Below, one piece after another: positions 1-10,007 of a stretch of 64,000 bases of DNA. The position numbers were made by a program, and so were the translations under genes. Positions within the stretch are counted from its first letter, which is position 1. Each line of letters begins with the position of its first letter. The stretch is from an uncultured Actinomycetota bacterium. Its GTDB lineage: Bacteria > Actinomycetota > UBA4738 > HRBIN12. A model generated the notes under the pieces. The model saw nothing but the letters and a program-made list of their open reading frames with translations, ran no database searches and was not told the origin of the DNA. Where the stretch lies: positions 214,668-278,667 of the forward strand of contig CAVXJL010000012.1 in NCBI GenBank assembly GCA_963762015.1, read 5' to 3'.

Positions 1-180
1 CCGGGGATCGTTGGCGTCGGCGAGCTTGAACCGGATCACCACGAGCTCTCCGGGCTCTCCGTAGAGGGCATACCCCGCCGAGTCCGGCCCTCGGTGTTTC
101 ATGGACTGGAGCATGCTGGTCATCTCGGTCCCGATGTCGGCCGAGCCGTCTCGATGGATGATGCCTGCGATGCCGCACAT
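1..180 (-). CDS. Class II (Ntn) glutamine amidotransferase, GltB1/MgsA(GlxB)-like; 5' part only, runs off the window
   Basis: Manual translation MCGIAGIIHRDGSADIGTEMTSMLQSMKHRGPDSAGYALYG shows the N-terminal Cys and HRGPD; AAGGAG RBS upstream; follows a GS-family gene. Confidence 0.8.
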   Translation of the reverse strand, partial: MCGIAGIIHRDGSADIGTEMTSMLQSMKHRGPDSAGYALYGEPGELVVIRFKLADANDPR

Positions 181-211
181 ATGAAAGGGGTTGCTCCTTT
201 CTAGGCCCAAG

Positions 212-1615
212 TCACGGAAGCACGTCCAGGTACTCCTGCACGTCCCAATCGCTGACCGTCCCGATGAATCGCTTCCACTCGTCGGTCTTGTAATGCATGA
301 ACACCCGATACATGTCGCCGGGCAGCGCGGTCTTCACCACGTCGTCCGCCTCGAGGGCTTCGAGGGCCTCTCCCAGCGTCTCGGGGATCCGTTGGACGTC
401 TTTGCCCTCCGCGATCGCCTCGTAGATGTTCCGCTCTTCGGGAGGCCCGGGGTCGAGGTTGCGGGCCAGCCCGTCCTTCATCGCCTGCAGGAGCGCGGCG
501 AACGACAGGTACGGGTTCACCGCCGAGTCCACGGACCGGTACTCGTAGCGCCCGGGCGCCGAGATCCGGAGCGCGGTCGTCCGGTTCTGGAACCCCCAGT
601 CGGCGAAAATCGGCGCCCAGAACCCCGCGTCGGCGAAGCGCCGGTAGGAATTCACCGTCGGCGAGGTGATGCAGGTGAGCGCCCGGAGATGCTCGAGGAC
701 GCCGCCGATCGCGTGGAGACCGATCTTGCCCGGCACCCGGGGATCGTCGCCGTCGGGCATGAACATGTTCTCGTCGCCCTGCCAGAGCGAGATGTTGTGG
801 TGACACCCGTTCGCCGACACACCCATGAAGGGCTTCGGCATGAAGCACGCGAACGCATTCATCTCCCGGCCGACCTGCCGGCAGATCTGGCGGTACGTCG
901 TGAGGCGGTCGGCAGTGAGCTCGGCCTTGTCGAACATGAAGTTCAGCTCGAGCTGGCCGGGAGCGTCCTCGTGGTCGCCCTGGATCATGTCGAGGCCCAT
1001 CGCGGTGCCGTACTCCATCACCTTGTGGATGATCGGCTGGAGCTCCGAGAACTGGTCGATGTGGTAGCAGTACGGCTTGGTCTTGCCTTCGACCGACGGC
1101 GTGCCGTCGGGGTTGGTCTTCAGCCACATCATCTCCGGCTCGGTCCCGGCTCGCAGATGCAGCCCGGTCTCTTCGGTGAACTCGTCGTGGATCCGTTTGA
1201 GGTTGCCGCGGCAGTCCGAGGTCAGGAAGGCGCCGCCGTCGACCTCTTCCTCGCGTCCGCGGAACAGGGTGCAGAAGACCCGCGCGGTCTTCCGATCCCA
1301 AGGAAGCACGCAGAACGTCTCGACATCCGGGAGCCCGACGAGCTCGCGAGCTTCCGGGCCGTAGCCGATGTAGTTGCCCTCACGGTCGACGAACAGGTTG
1401 GCCGTGGAGCCGTACACGAGCTGGAAGCCCTTCCGGGCGATCGTCTCCCAGTGCTTGGCAGGGATCCCCTTGCCCATGATGCGCCCGGTGACGGAAACGA
1501 ACTGGTAGTACATGTAGGTCACGCCTTCGGCGTCGATCTGCCTGCGGACCTCCTTGATCGCGTCGTCGCGCCCGGACCGCTCCACGAACTGCTCGATGTC
1601 GGTGTCGGTGGCCAA
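212..1615 (-). CDS. Glutamine synthetase-family (gamma-glutamyl-amine ligase-like) protein
   Basis: GTEPE, DHEDAPGQLELN, FMPKPF, NGCHHNIS, NRTTALRI and YEYRSVDSAVNPY motifs; TTG start at 1615 after GGAGG. Confidence 0.85.
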   Translation of the reverse strand: MATDTDIEQFVERSGRDDAIKEVRRQIDAEGVTYMYYQFVSVTGRIMGKGIPAKHWETIARKGFQLVYGSTANLFVDREGNYIGYGPEARELVGLPDVETFCVLPWDRKTARVFCTLFRGREEEVDGGAFLTSDCRGNLKRIHDEFTEETGLHLRAGTEPEMMWLKTNPDGTPSVEGKTKPYCYHIDQFSELQPIIHKVMEYGTAMGLDMIQGDHEDAPGQLELNFMFDKAELTADRLTTYRQICRQVGREMNAFACFMPKPFMGVSANGCHHNISLWQGDENMFMPDGDDPRVPGKIGLHAIGGVLEHLRALTCITSPTVNSYRRFADAGFWAPIFADWGFQNRTTALRISAPGRYEYRSVDSAVNPYLSFAALLQAMKDGLARNLDPGPPEERNIYEAIAEGKDVQRIPETLGEALEALEADDVVKTALPGDMYRVFMHYKTDEWKRFIGTVSDWDVQEYLDVLP

Positions 1616-1704
1616 CTCGCCTCCCTTCGAGCGGCCCTCCCGCGGGCCGGCTGGGCGCATCCTACGCCGACCTCCCCGGAACGCGCTACGGGCCCCATGC
1701 CGGT

Positions 1705-1733
1705 TTGACGGGAGGGGGTCGCGGCCCTACGTT
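1705..1733 (+). promoter_or_regulatory. SigA-type promoter for the gmaS-permease operon
   Basis: TTGACG-N17-TACGTT in the divergent intergenic region. Confidence 0.6.
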
Positions 1734-1807
1734 GCGGCCCGAGGCGCAGCGAGCGCTGAGCTCCCGTGCCCGATCCGTGCGCAGCGTGTGGACAAGGGGG
1801 TGCCGAG

Positions 1808-3175
1808 GTGGCCGAGGGTCCGAAGTCCGTCGAGGAGGTCCGCAAGCTCGTCGACGAGATGGGGATCGAGTTCCTCTTCGCGCAGTTCGTCGAGATGTAC
1901 GGCAAGCCGAACGCGAAGCTCGTGCCCGCGAATCACCTCGAGGATGTCTTCGCGGAGGGCGCCGGCTTCGCCGGTTTCGCGACGGGTGAGCTGGGGCAAG
2001 GGCCGCACGATCCCGACATCGCCGCGATGCCCGATCCGGCCAGCTTCACACCGGTGCCCTGGGAACCGACCCTCGCCAGGTTCGCATGCGACGTCTTCGT
2101 CGAGGGCGAACCCTGGCCGTACTGTCCGCGCACGATCCTGCGGCAGAACCTGGCGTCGGCAGCCGAGCGCGGCTATGTGTTCAAGATCGGGATGGAGGCG
2201 GAGTTCATCCTCACGCGTCTCCGGGAGGACGGCTCGATCGAGGTGGCGGACCCGCTCGACGTGCTGGACCGGCCCTGCTACGACATGAAGGCGCTCACGC
2301 GCCAGTTCGACTACATCTCCAACCTGTCGAAGTACCAGACGCAGCTCGGGTGGGACAACTACGCGAACGACCACGAGGACGCGAACGGACAGTTCGAGTC
2401 GAACTTCAAGTACTCGGACGCTCTCACGACGGCCGACCGGATCATCTTCTTCCGGTACATGGTCCACACTCTGGCGCAACAGCGTGGGCTGCAGGCGACG
2501 TTCATGCCCAAGCCGTTCGCGCATCTCACCGGCAACGGCCTTCACATGCACATGAGCATCTGGGACGAGGAGACCGACACGAACCTGTTCGAGGACGAGA
2601 ACGACTCCCGCGGCCTCGGGATCTCGGAGCTCGGATACCACTTCCTCGGCGGGGTCCTGCAGCACGCGAGCGCCTACATCGGCGTCACGGCCTCGACGGT
2701 GAACTCGTACAAGCGGCTGATCGTAGGGGCGCCCACCTCGGGCGCGACGTGGTCCCCCGCCTACATCGCGTACGGAGGGAACAACCGCACGCAGATGATC
2801 AGGACGCCGGCGCCCGGGCGCTTCGAGGACCGCACGATCGACGGTGCCGCCAACCCGTACCTCGCCGCGTCGGTGATCCTCGCGGCGGGTCTGGACGGGA
2901 TCGACAACAAGCTCGATCCTGGAGACCCGAACGAGGGGAACATGTACGAGACGTCGCAGGACGAGCTCAAGCGGCGCGGGATCCAACTCCTCCCGGGCAA
3001 CCTCCTCGACGCCGTCCGGAACCTCCGCCAGGACGAGGTCCTCCGCGAGGCGCTCGGTGCCGTCCCGGGCGGCCATTACATCGACTACTACTGCGACGTG
3101 AAGGAGCGGGAGTGGAAGGACTACCACGATCGCGTGAGCGATTGGGAGGTCAACAAGTACCTGGCACTGTTCTGA
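1808..3175 (+). CDS. gmaS: Type III glutamate-ammonia ligase / gamma-glutamylmethylamide synthetase (GmaS/GlnT)
   Basis: AKLVPA..GAGFAGFA, NDHEDANGQFE, SGATWSP, GGNNRTQMIR and DGAANPY motifs typical of GlnT/GmaS; GTG start at 1808. Confidence 0.8.
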   Translation: MAEGPKSVEEVRKLVDEMGIEFLFAQFVEMYGKPNAKLVPANHLEDVFAEGAGFAGFATGELGQGPHDPDIAAMPDPASFTPVPWEPTLARFACDVFVEGEPWPYCPRTILRQNLASAAERGYVFKIGMEAEFILTRLREDGSIEVADPLDVLDRPCYDMKALTRQFDYISNLSKYQTQLGWDNYANDHEDANGQFESNFKYSDALTTADRIIFFRYMVHTLAQQRGLQATFMPKPFAHLTGNGLHMHMSIWDEETDTNLFEDENDSRGLGISELGYHFLGGVLQHASAYIGVTASTVNSYKRLIVGAPTSGATWSPAYIAYGGNNRTQMIRTPAPGRFEDRTIDGAANPYLAASVILAAGLDGIDNKLDPGDPNEGNMYETSQDELKRRGIQLLPGNLLDAVRNLRQDEVLREALGAVPGGHYIDYYCDVKEREWKDYHDRVSDWEVNKYLALF

Positions 3176-3204
3176 GTCGTCCGGAGGAGAGAAGGGGGAA
3201 TCGC

Positions 3205-4716
3205 ATGTCGATGACACCGGAGGCACCCGACACGGTCAGGCTCGACGACTATGTCAAGGGTGATCTCTCCAAGGACACGAACTGGTGGGGCGCGTTCGTG
3301 GTCGGCCTCGCCGGCACGATCCTGGTTGCCGCGTTCGCCCCGGTGGCGCTCTTAGGACTCGGATCCGCGGCGATCCCGAACTTCCTCTTCTGGGCGCTCT
3401 CCGGCTGGGGTCTCTGCCTGATCATCGCCGAGCTCGCGGCGATGCTGCCGGACCGTACCGGTGGCGCCCCGGCCTACGCCTACTACGCGTTCAAGGACCG
3501 CCTCCCCAAAGCGTACCCGCACATCAACGGCGTCACCGTGTGGATGTACTGGCTGGGCTGGATGCCCGTGATGGCCGTGAACATGATCCTGACCGGCTCG
3601 TACATCCCTCAGCTCCTGGGCTTCACACCGACCGGCTTCTGGGCGAACGAGATCACCCTGCTCGACACCAGCCTTGCCGTGAACTACTTCACCATCATCG
3701 TCGGCGCCGGCCTGTCGCTCCTGCTGTTCCTCATCTCGTTCATGGGCATCCGCTTCGGCACGGGAGCGGCGACGGTGCTCGGGATCTTCTCGATGCTGCC
3801 ACTCACCCTGATCGCCGTCGTCCCGTTCCTCACGGGTGATGTGACGGGAAGCAACATCGTCCCCTTCCAGTTGCCCGACGGGACCGGATTCTTCGCGGGA
3901 AGCGCCCTCTACCTGTACCTGCAGTACTCCGCCCTGTACACGTGGAACGCGATCGCGATGGAAGCGGCCGGGTGCTACATCGGCGAGTGCCGCAACCCCG
4001 ACCGGGACGCTCCGATCGCGATGAACCTGTCCGGCGGATACGGCACGTTCGTGTACACCTTCTTGCCGATGGCGTGCATCGGGGTCCTCGGATACACGTT
4101 CATCGCGAACAGCCCCGACGCCAACGTGGTGCTCGTGGAGACCGCCGTGCGGTCGATCGGCTCGGGTGTGGGGAAGCTCGTGACCGCGACACTCATCGTG
4201 GCACTCGCACTCTCGAGCTTGAACGCGATCATGGGATGCGCGCGATCGCTCTACATGATGGCCCTCGACGGCCAGGCCCCACGGATCTTCGGGAGGGTGA
4301 ACCGCCACAACGTCCCGGACTTCTCGATGGGGCTCAACACGGTGTTGAACATCGCGCTGATCTTCGTCGGCGCCGCGGGCCCGATCTACGTGCTCTCGAA
4401 CGTCGGCTATGTCGGTTCGTTCATCCCGGTGCTCCTGGGCTACTACTTCCTCAGGAAGTGGCGCCCCGAGATCCACCGGCCCTTCAGGCTCCCCGAGTGG
4501 TTCAAGTACGTGGCCTTGATCCTCGCAGCCCTGTACTTCATCGCGTGGGGTCCGGGGATCATCTCGTGCGTGATCGAGGAATGCCAGCTCGGCGGCGTGA
4601 AGATGTTCTTCATCGGCGTCGCGATCGTGCTCCTCTACTTCCCCATCAACTGGTGGCGCAAGTCCGAGGACCGGCGTCTCGGCACGTCGGAGTTCAAGAC
4701 GCCGCTGTCCGTGTGA
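3205..4716 (+). CDS. APC-family amino acid/amine permease
   Basis: About 12 hydrophobic segments, AELAAMLPDRTGG, ARSLYMMALDGQAP and RPFRLP; ATG after a purine-rich RBS. Confidence 0.88.
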   Translation: MSMTPEAPDTVRLDDYVKGDLSKDTNWWGAFVVGLAGTILVAAFAPVALLGLGSAAIPNFLFWALSGWGLCLIIAELAAMLPDRTGGAPAYAYYAFKDRLPKAYPHINGVTVWMYWLGWMPVMAVNMILTGSYIPQLLGFTPTGFWANEITLLDTSLAVNYFTIIVGAGLSLLLFLISFMGIRFGTGAATVLGIFSMLPLTLIAVVPFLTGDVTGSNIVPFQLPDGTGFFAGSALYLYLQYSALYTWNAIAMEAAGCYIGECRNPDRDAPIAMNLSGGYGTFVYTFLPMACIGVLGYTFIANSPDANVVLVETAVRSIGSGVGKLVTATLIVALALSSLNAIMGCARSLYMMALDGQAPRIFGRVNRHNVPDFSMGLNTVLNIALIFVGAAGPIYVLSNVGYVGSFIPVLLGYYFLRKWRPEIHRPFRLPEWFKYVALILAALYFIAWGPGIISCVIEECQLGGVKMFFIGVAIVLLYFPINWWRKSEDRRLGTSEFKTPLSV

Positions 4717-5255
4717 GCACGTCCAAGCGTGCGCGGACGGGGCGGGGGGCCGCGAAAGCGGCCCCCCGCCCCGTCCCGGATCCCCCACGGCGGATCCTGC
4801 TCGTCTCCTACGCCTCGTCGCCGATCACCGACGACGTGATCCGACGCACGGTCGATCTCGCGACTCCCGAACACGCGAAGATCACCGTGCTCGGGATCGC
4901 GAGGGTCTTCGGCACCGCGCTCGGTCTCCCGCATCCAGGCCTGAAACCGACACCCGTCGAGTGGGACGCCCAGCGGAAGGTCACGGAGGACGCAGCCCGT
5001 GATCTCCGCGCTCACGGCTTCGACGTCCTGATCGCGATGGCGAAGGCTCGGAACGCGCCGAAGTTGATCGGCCGGTGGGTGCGGGCCAGACGCTTCCACG
5101 CGGTGGTGGTCCCCGACCCGGAGCGCCCGGGCTGGCGACGACGGCTCGAGGGCGAGGTCACGAGGGAGATCGGACGGTACGCGAAGGTGCCCGTGCACGC
5201 CGTTCCGACACCGAGTCTCACCTCCCGGAGCCCGGGAGCGCGTCAGCGCCGATAG
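4713..5255 (+). CDS. Universal stress protein (USP)-like protein
   Basis: RRILLVSY...ITVLGIA...AVVV...EIGRYAKVPVHAVP USP pattern; GTGA overlap with the permease stop. Confidence 0.6.
   Translation: MSTSKRARTGRGAAKAAPRPVPDPPRRILLVSYASSPITDDVIRRTVDLATPEHAKITVLGIARVFGTALGLPHPGLKPTPVEWDAQRKVTEDAARDLRAHGFDVLIAMAKARNAPKLIGRWVRARRFHAVVVPDPERPGWRRRLEGEVTREIGRYAKVPVHAVPTPSLTSRSPGARQRR
4735..4776 (+). terminator. Perfect 19-bp GC stem with GAAA tetraloop (terminator or mRNA stabiliser)
   Basis: GGACGGGGCGGGGGGCCGC-GAAA-GCGGCCCCCCGCCCCGTCC, 18 nt after the permease stop; no U-tract. Confidence 0.6.
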
Positions 5256-5872
5256 GGCTCGGCACCCACCCGCATCAGTTCCCGCGGCGTCCGCACACCG
5301 ACGGATCCGAGCTTCGACGCGGTCACGAGGAAGAGCTGCGCCGTCACGAGCGCGTCATCGAGGGCGTGGTGCGGGCTCGCCACGGGCACGTCGAAGCGTG
5401 CGGCTGCTTGCTCCAGGCTGAGGCGTGCGGCGTCCGCACCCAGCACCCCGAGGACGAGCTTGCGAACATCGATGGATCGGCGCATCCAGCGGGAGGTCCT
5501 TGTGCCGAACAGCTTCGCCAAGAAGGACGCCTCGACGGTCGCGTACCACGTGATCAGGTACTTCCCGCCAAGCGCCTGCCGGAGCGTCTCCCGAGCTGCG
5601 TCCGTCGAGCTCGCCCCCCGTACATCCACCGGCCGAAGGCCGTGGATCGTCACCGACTCCCGCGTCGGCTCGACGTCGCCGGGATCGACGAGCTCGTACA
5701 CCGAACGACCCACGTCGATGCGACCGGCCTCGATGGGAACGACACCGAGGGAGATGATCCGATCCTTGTCGAAGTTCAATCCGGTCGCCTCGAAGTCGAG
5801 GGAGGCGAGATCCACGGTCCGCCACGGCATCTTCCCGAGCCTGCGAGGTGGACCCTGAGGAACGTCCTTCAC
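5243..5872 (-). CDS. DEDDh 3'-5' exonuclease (DnaQ/epsilon-like)
   Basis: LDFEATG...HHALDDA motifs; GTGA overlap with the DUF294 gene. Confidence 0.85.
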   Translation of the reverse strand: MKDVPQGPPRRLGKMPWRTVDLASLDFEATGLNFDKDRIISLGVVPIEAGRIDVGRSVYELVDPGDVEPTRESVTIHGLRPVDVRGASSTDAARETLRQALGGKYLITWYATVEASFLAKLFGTRTSRWMRRSIDVRKLVLGVLGADAARLSLEQAAARFDVPVASPHHALDDALVTAQLFLVTASKLGSVGVRTPRELMRVGAEPYRR

Positions 5873-7710
5873 CGGCGCAACCCCAGCCCCGCCGCGAGTC
5901 GCTCCTGCGCCCCGTCGATCATCTGGAAGGCTTCTCGCAGGGCCTGCCGCGTGAGCGGACCCAACCACTCGGGCCGTACCGAGTCATCGGGGACCTCCCC
6001 TTCCTCCACGGCGCGGGCCTGCCGCTCGACCCGGATCTGCCACAGCAGATCGAACGCTTCCTCCAGCCCCTCCCGCGTCTCCTGCTCGAGACGCCCGAAC
6101 TCCGCCGCGACGCGCAGCCGACGGAGCGTCCGGTTCTCGGTCACACCCGACTCCACGGCCAGGACCCGCGCGAGGTTCGTGATCGGGGCGATGCCTCCTT
6201 GCTTCACATCGAAGGCCCGTGCCTTCTTGCCCTTCGGATGGACCACGGCGTCCTTCAGCATGCCGACCGGAGGGCCGGTCTCCACCGCGAGCCTCGCCAG
6301 CTGCCGCACGAACTGGTCCTCCTTCGCGGACCGCCGGATCACGTCGTCCAGGACCGCATCCACGTCGAGTGGCCCCGCGACACGCCGGTAGTCGAAGGCG
6401 ATCCCGACGAATGCCCGGCCGGTTCGTGCAGGCTCACGGATCCATCCCCAGAACCGTTCCTCCCACACGTCGAGCGTGCCGCGCCACTCGGGATTCGATG
6501 CGACGACACCGGCGCGGCACCGTTGGATCCCGGAGCGCTCGATGCCGTCGTTGACAACCGTCGTGAGACGCTGGAAGTAGGGGTCGACTTCGACGAACTC
6601 GCCCCTCGCGCACTCGACCACGAGGGCGTTGTCCTGATCCGTCGCGAGGCCCTGCTCCTGTCTCGCCTCGCTTCCGAGAGCGAGCCATGCCCATGGGCAG
6701 GGAGGCTCCCCGATCTCGTCGATCGCCAGCTCGAGCAGGCGGATCGTGAGCGTGTCGATCGTGACCGCGACAGCGTGCGCCACGTCCAGCGGATCCGCGT
6801 GCGCGTGCACGAGCGAGACGAACATCTCCGGGAGTCGGTTCCCCCCGTGGATCGCTTCCTCGATCGTGGGCGCACGCTCGAGGTCGGCCTTCAGGATGAA
6901 GGGTGACCTCTGCTCCAGGCCCATCAGATCCGTGTCGGTGATCATCCCGACCGGCTCTCCACCGTCGCCGACCACGGGCACGTGATGCACGCCCTTCTCG
7001 TACATCAGGGTGAGCACCTCGGCCGCCGTCGTCTCCCCCGATACCGAGAACACGGGGGTCGTCATGATGTCGGCCGTGAGCGTGTCGGGACTTCTGCCTG
7101 CGGCGACGACCCTCACCCTGAGATCGCGATCGGTGACGATGCCCAGGGCTCCTCGTCCCTCGACACGGACCAGGACCGATGAAACCCGTTCACGGGCCAT
7201 CAGATCGGCCGCGTCCTTGATGGTGGAGTCGATGGGCACCATCAGAGGAGGCCGCTGCACCAACGCGGAGACATGCGTCGCCCAGGCGTCGACCGCCTCG
7301 CGCTCCGGTCCTTCGAGGACGGAGACCTCGCGACGCCGGAGGCTGCCCGCGAGGAAGGCGAGCCCGCGACGGGTCGCCATCACCTCGAGGGCGATCTCCT
7401 GATCGACGAGGTAGCAGATGGTGTCTTCGACGGCCCGCAACGTGAAGGCTGGTTCGAGGCCCGTGAACAGCGATACGAATCCGAAGAACTCCCCCTCGCC
7501 GAGGACGTCGGCGACGAGGTCGCCGTCGGCAGCCTCGACGACCCCGGTCCGGACGATGTACAGGAAGGCGCTCGGCTCGGCCGCCTGATGCAGGATCACC
7601 GAGCCGGCCGGGAAGAACTCGATCTGGGTGTGCCGAACCACCTCGGCGAGCCGCTCATCGCCCAGCTCGTCGAAGGGCGGATGCATCCGCAGGAAGGACG
7701 GGATGTCCAC
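5869..7710 (-). CDS. cNMP-binding/CBS/DUF294 putative nucleotidyltransferase
   Basis: N-terminal cNMP domain (HPPFDEL, GEGEFFG), CBS pair (GIVTDRDLR, GMITDTDL), NTase motif GSEARQEQ..TDQDNAL and FDVKQGG. Confidence 0.88.
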   Translation of the reverse strand: MDIPSFLRMHPPFDELGDERLAEVVRHTQIEFFPAGSVILHQAAEPSAFLYIVRTGVVEAADGDLVADVLGEGEFFGFVSLFTGLEPAFTLRAVEDTICYLVDQEIALEVMATRRGLAFLAGSLRRREVSVLEGPEREAVDAWATHVSALVQRPPLMVPIDSTIKDAADLMARERVSSVLVRVEGRGALGIVTDRDLRVRVVAAGRSPDTLTADIMTTPVFSVSGETTAAEVLTLMYEKGVHHVPVVGDGGEPVGMITDTDLMGLEQRSPFILKADLERAPTIEEAIHGGNRLPEMFVSLVHAHADPLDVAHAVAVTIDTLTIRLLELAIDEIGEPPCPWAWLALGSEARQEQGLATDQDNALVVECARGEFVEVDPYFQRLTTVVNDGIERSGIQRCRAGVVASNPEWRGTLDVWEERFWGWIREPARTGRAFVGIAFDYRRVAGPLDVDAVLDDVIRRSAKEDQFVRQLARLAVETGPPVGMLKDAVVHPKGKKARAFDVKQGGIAPITNLARVLAVESGVTENRTLRRLRVAAEFGRLEQETREGLEEAFDLLWQIRVERQARAVEEGEVPDDSVRPEWLGPLTRQALREAFQMIDGAQERLAAGLGLRR

Positions 7711-7841
7711 GCGGGCGAGTATCGCATCGGTGTGCAGCACCTTCCTCGCGGCCGCTCGCTCGCGCCACAAGGCGAACGGGTATCCTCACGCGACCTCAGC
7801 AGCCGAGAAGCGCACGACGCGAGACGACAGGAGGCGAAGCC

Positions 7842-9512
7842 GTGAAGAGCGGGTTGGAGATCGCGCAGGAGGCCGTGCTTCGCCCGATCACCGAGATCGC
7901 GGCGGACGCCGGGATCCTCGAGGACGAGCTCGAGCAGTACGGGCGCTTCAAGGGCAAGATCTCGCTCTCGATCCTCGATCGGCTGGCCGACCGGCCCGAC
8001 GGCAAGCTCGTCATCACGACCGCGATCACGCCGACGAAGGCCGGTGAGGGGAAGACCACGACCTCGATCTCCCTCGCGCAGGGCATGGGGCAGATCGGCA
8101 AGGACGTGATGCTCTGCCTCCGCGAGCCCTCGATGGGTCCGGTCTTCGGGATCAAGGGCGGCGGCAACGGCGGCGGGTACGCCCAGGTCGTACCGATGGA
8201 GGAGATCAACCTCCATTTCAACGGGGACTTCCACGCCGTGCAGGCGGCGCACAACCTCTTGGCGGCCGCGCTGGACGCCTCGATCTATCACGGCAACCCG
8301 CTCGGCATCGATCCGGTCTCGGTGAGCTGGCCGAGGACCCTCGACGTGAACGACCGCGAGCTCCGGTATGGCGTCGTCGGCCTCGGCGGGAAGGCACACG
8401 GAGTGCCCCGCGAGAACCAGTTCGTGATCGTGGCGGCGTCGGAGATCATGGCCGTCCTGGCACTCGCGAACGATGTCGCGGACCTTCGAGCGAGACTCGG
8501 CCGCGTCGTCGTGGCATCCACGTACGACGGAACCCCGGTGACGGCCGAAGAGTTGAAGGTCGCCGGCGCGATGGCCGTGATCATGAAGGAGGCGATCAAG
8601 CCCAACCTGGTTCAGACGCTCGAGGGGCAGCCCACGCTGATCCACGCGGGCCCCTTCGGCAACATCGCGCACGCGAACAACTCCATCATCGAGGACCGCA
8701 TCGCGCTGAAGCTGGCGGACTACGTCGTCACCGAGGCCGGGTTCGCGTCCGACCTCGGCTTCCAGAAGTTCTGCGACATCGTGTGCCGGATGGGCGGCTT
8801 CGCTCCCTCCGCCGGCGTGCTCGTCACCACCGTGCGGGCGACGAAGTCCCACGGGGGGATGGCGTTCGATCAACTCGTGAACGAGGACGTGGACGCGCTA
8901 CGAAGGGGCATCGACAACCTCGCAGCACACATCGGCATCGTCAAGACGTACGGGCTGCCGTGCGTCGTCTCGATCAACACCTTCCCGACCGACACGGAGA
9001 AAGAGATCGAAACGATCCGGGAGCTCGCCGGCGGTGCCGGGGCCGAGACGGTCGTCGTGAACCGGGCCTTCGCCGAAGGCGGTGCCGGCGCCGTTGAGCT
9101 CGCTGAGGCGGTCGTGACGGCGTGCGAACAACCGAGCTCGTTCCGGCTCCTCACGCCGGACGGCACGCCTCTCAAGGGGCAGATCGAGGCGATCGCCACG
9201 AAGATCTACGGCGCGGAAGGCGTGGACTACCAACCGCAGGCCGAGAAGGACATCGCCCGGATGGAGCAGCTCGGGTTCGGCGAGGTGCCGGTGTGCATGG
9301 CGAAGACCCACCTGTCGCTCAGCCACGACCCGTCGATGCTGAACCGGCCGACCGGCTACCGGCTGCCCGTCCGCGGCGTCGTCCCGAGCGCCGGCGCCGG
9401 GTTCGTGGTGGTCCTCTGCGGCGACATGCAACGGATGCCGGGCCTCGGGAAGACACCCGCGTTCACGAAGGTCGACCTCGACGAGGACGGTCGAACCGTG
9501 GGCCTCTTCTAA
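7842..9512 (+). CDS. fhs: Formate-tetrahydrofolate ligase
   Basis: TPTKAGEGKTT, REPSMGPVFGIKGG, HAGPFGNIAH and VCMAKT; AGGAGG RBS. Confidence 0.96.
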   Translation: MKSGLEIAQEAVLRPITEIAADAGILEDELEQYGRFKGKISLSILDRLADRPDGKLVITTAITPTKAGEGKTTTSISLAQGMGQIGKDVMLCLREPSMGPVFGIKGGGNGGGYAQVVPMEEINLHFNGDFHAVQAAHNLLAAALDASIYHGNPLGIDPVSVSWPRTLDVNDRELRYGVVGLGGKAHGVPRENQFVIVAASEIMAVLALANDVADLRARLGRVVVASTYDGTPVTAEELKVAGAMAVIMKEAIKPNLVQTLEGQPTLIHAGPFGNIAHANNSIIEDRIALKLADYVVTEAGFASDLGFQKFCDIVCRMGGFAPSAGVLVTTVRATKSHGGMAFDQLVNEDVDALRRGIDNLAAHIGIVKTYGLPCVVSINTFPTDTEKEIETIRELAGGAGAETVVVNRAFAEGGAGAVELAEAVVTACEQPSSFRLLTPDGTPLKGQIEAIATKIYGAEGVDYQPQAEKDIARMEQLGFGEVPVCMAKTHLSLSHDPSMLNRPTGYRLPVRGVVPSAGAGFVVVLCGDMQRMPGLGKTPAFTKVDLDEDGRTVGLF

Positions 9513-9895
9513 GGCGGGGTCTCGCCGTGCTTCGCCGCTTCCGTGAACGTGAGGTAGTAGCCGTTGGGATCTCGCAACCCGAGTTCGCGAGCTCCCCAGT
9601 CACGGACCTCGGGACCCCACTCCGGAGTCGTGTGCTCCTTGATCTGGTCGTAGAGGGCATCCACGCTCTCCGGATAGAAGTAGAGCGTCCCGGTGAAGGC
9701 AGGAGGATCCGGCCAAGGCGTTTCGTCCCCTCCGAGGAACTGTAGGACCATACCGTCGCGCGCGAGCTCGCACCAGGTCGGGTCGCCGGCTTCCGGAAAG
9801 ACCCCTCGCAGGCGGAACCCGATCCGCGTGTACCACTCGATCGTGCCGGCGACGTCCTCGCTCTTGAGCATCACGGATACCTGATCGTCGGACAT
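9509..9895 (-). CDS. VOC/glyoxalase-family protein
   Basis: WYTRIGF...WGARELGLRDPNGYYLTF. Confidence 0.8.
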   Translation of the reverse strand: MSDDQVSVMLKSEDVAGTIEWYTRIGFRLRGVFPEAGDPTWCELARDGMVLQFLGGDETPWPDPPAFTGTLYFYPESVDALYDQIKEHTTPEWGPEVRDWGARELGLRDPNGYYLTFTEAAKHGETPP

Positions 9896-10007
9896 GCGCC
9901 TGAGGATACGGCCGGGGACTTGGCCCGCTCTCTCGCGTGCCAGCACCCCGCCACGCTCGCGTAGCCGCCCCCTTGCAGGGACGCGTCCCACGGCCGACCA
10001 TCGCCAT

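Noticed and set aside
2086-4716. Apparent long N-terminal extensions or fusions in the ORF track (also 29925-32138, 33197-35434, 42255-44024)
   Set aside because: The extensions overlap other genes in a different frame; true starts have an RBS or -10 further downstream
5243-7710. Nucleotidyltransferase plus nuclease as a CBASS-like or toxin-antitoxin defence system
   Set aside because: The cNMP-CBS-DUF294 architecture and metabolic context match the known transporter-associated pair, not CD-NTase or MNT-HEPN
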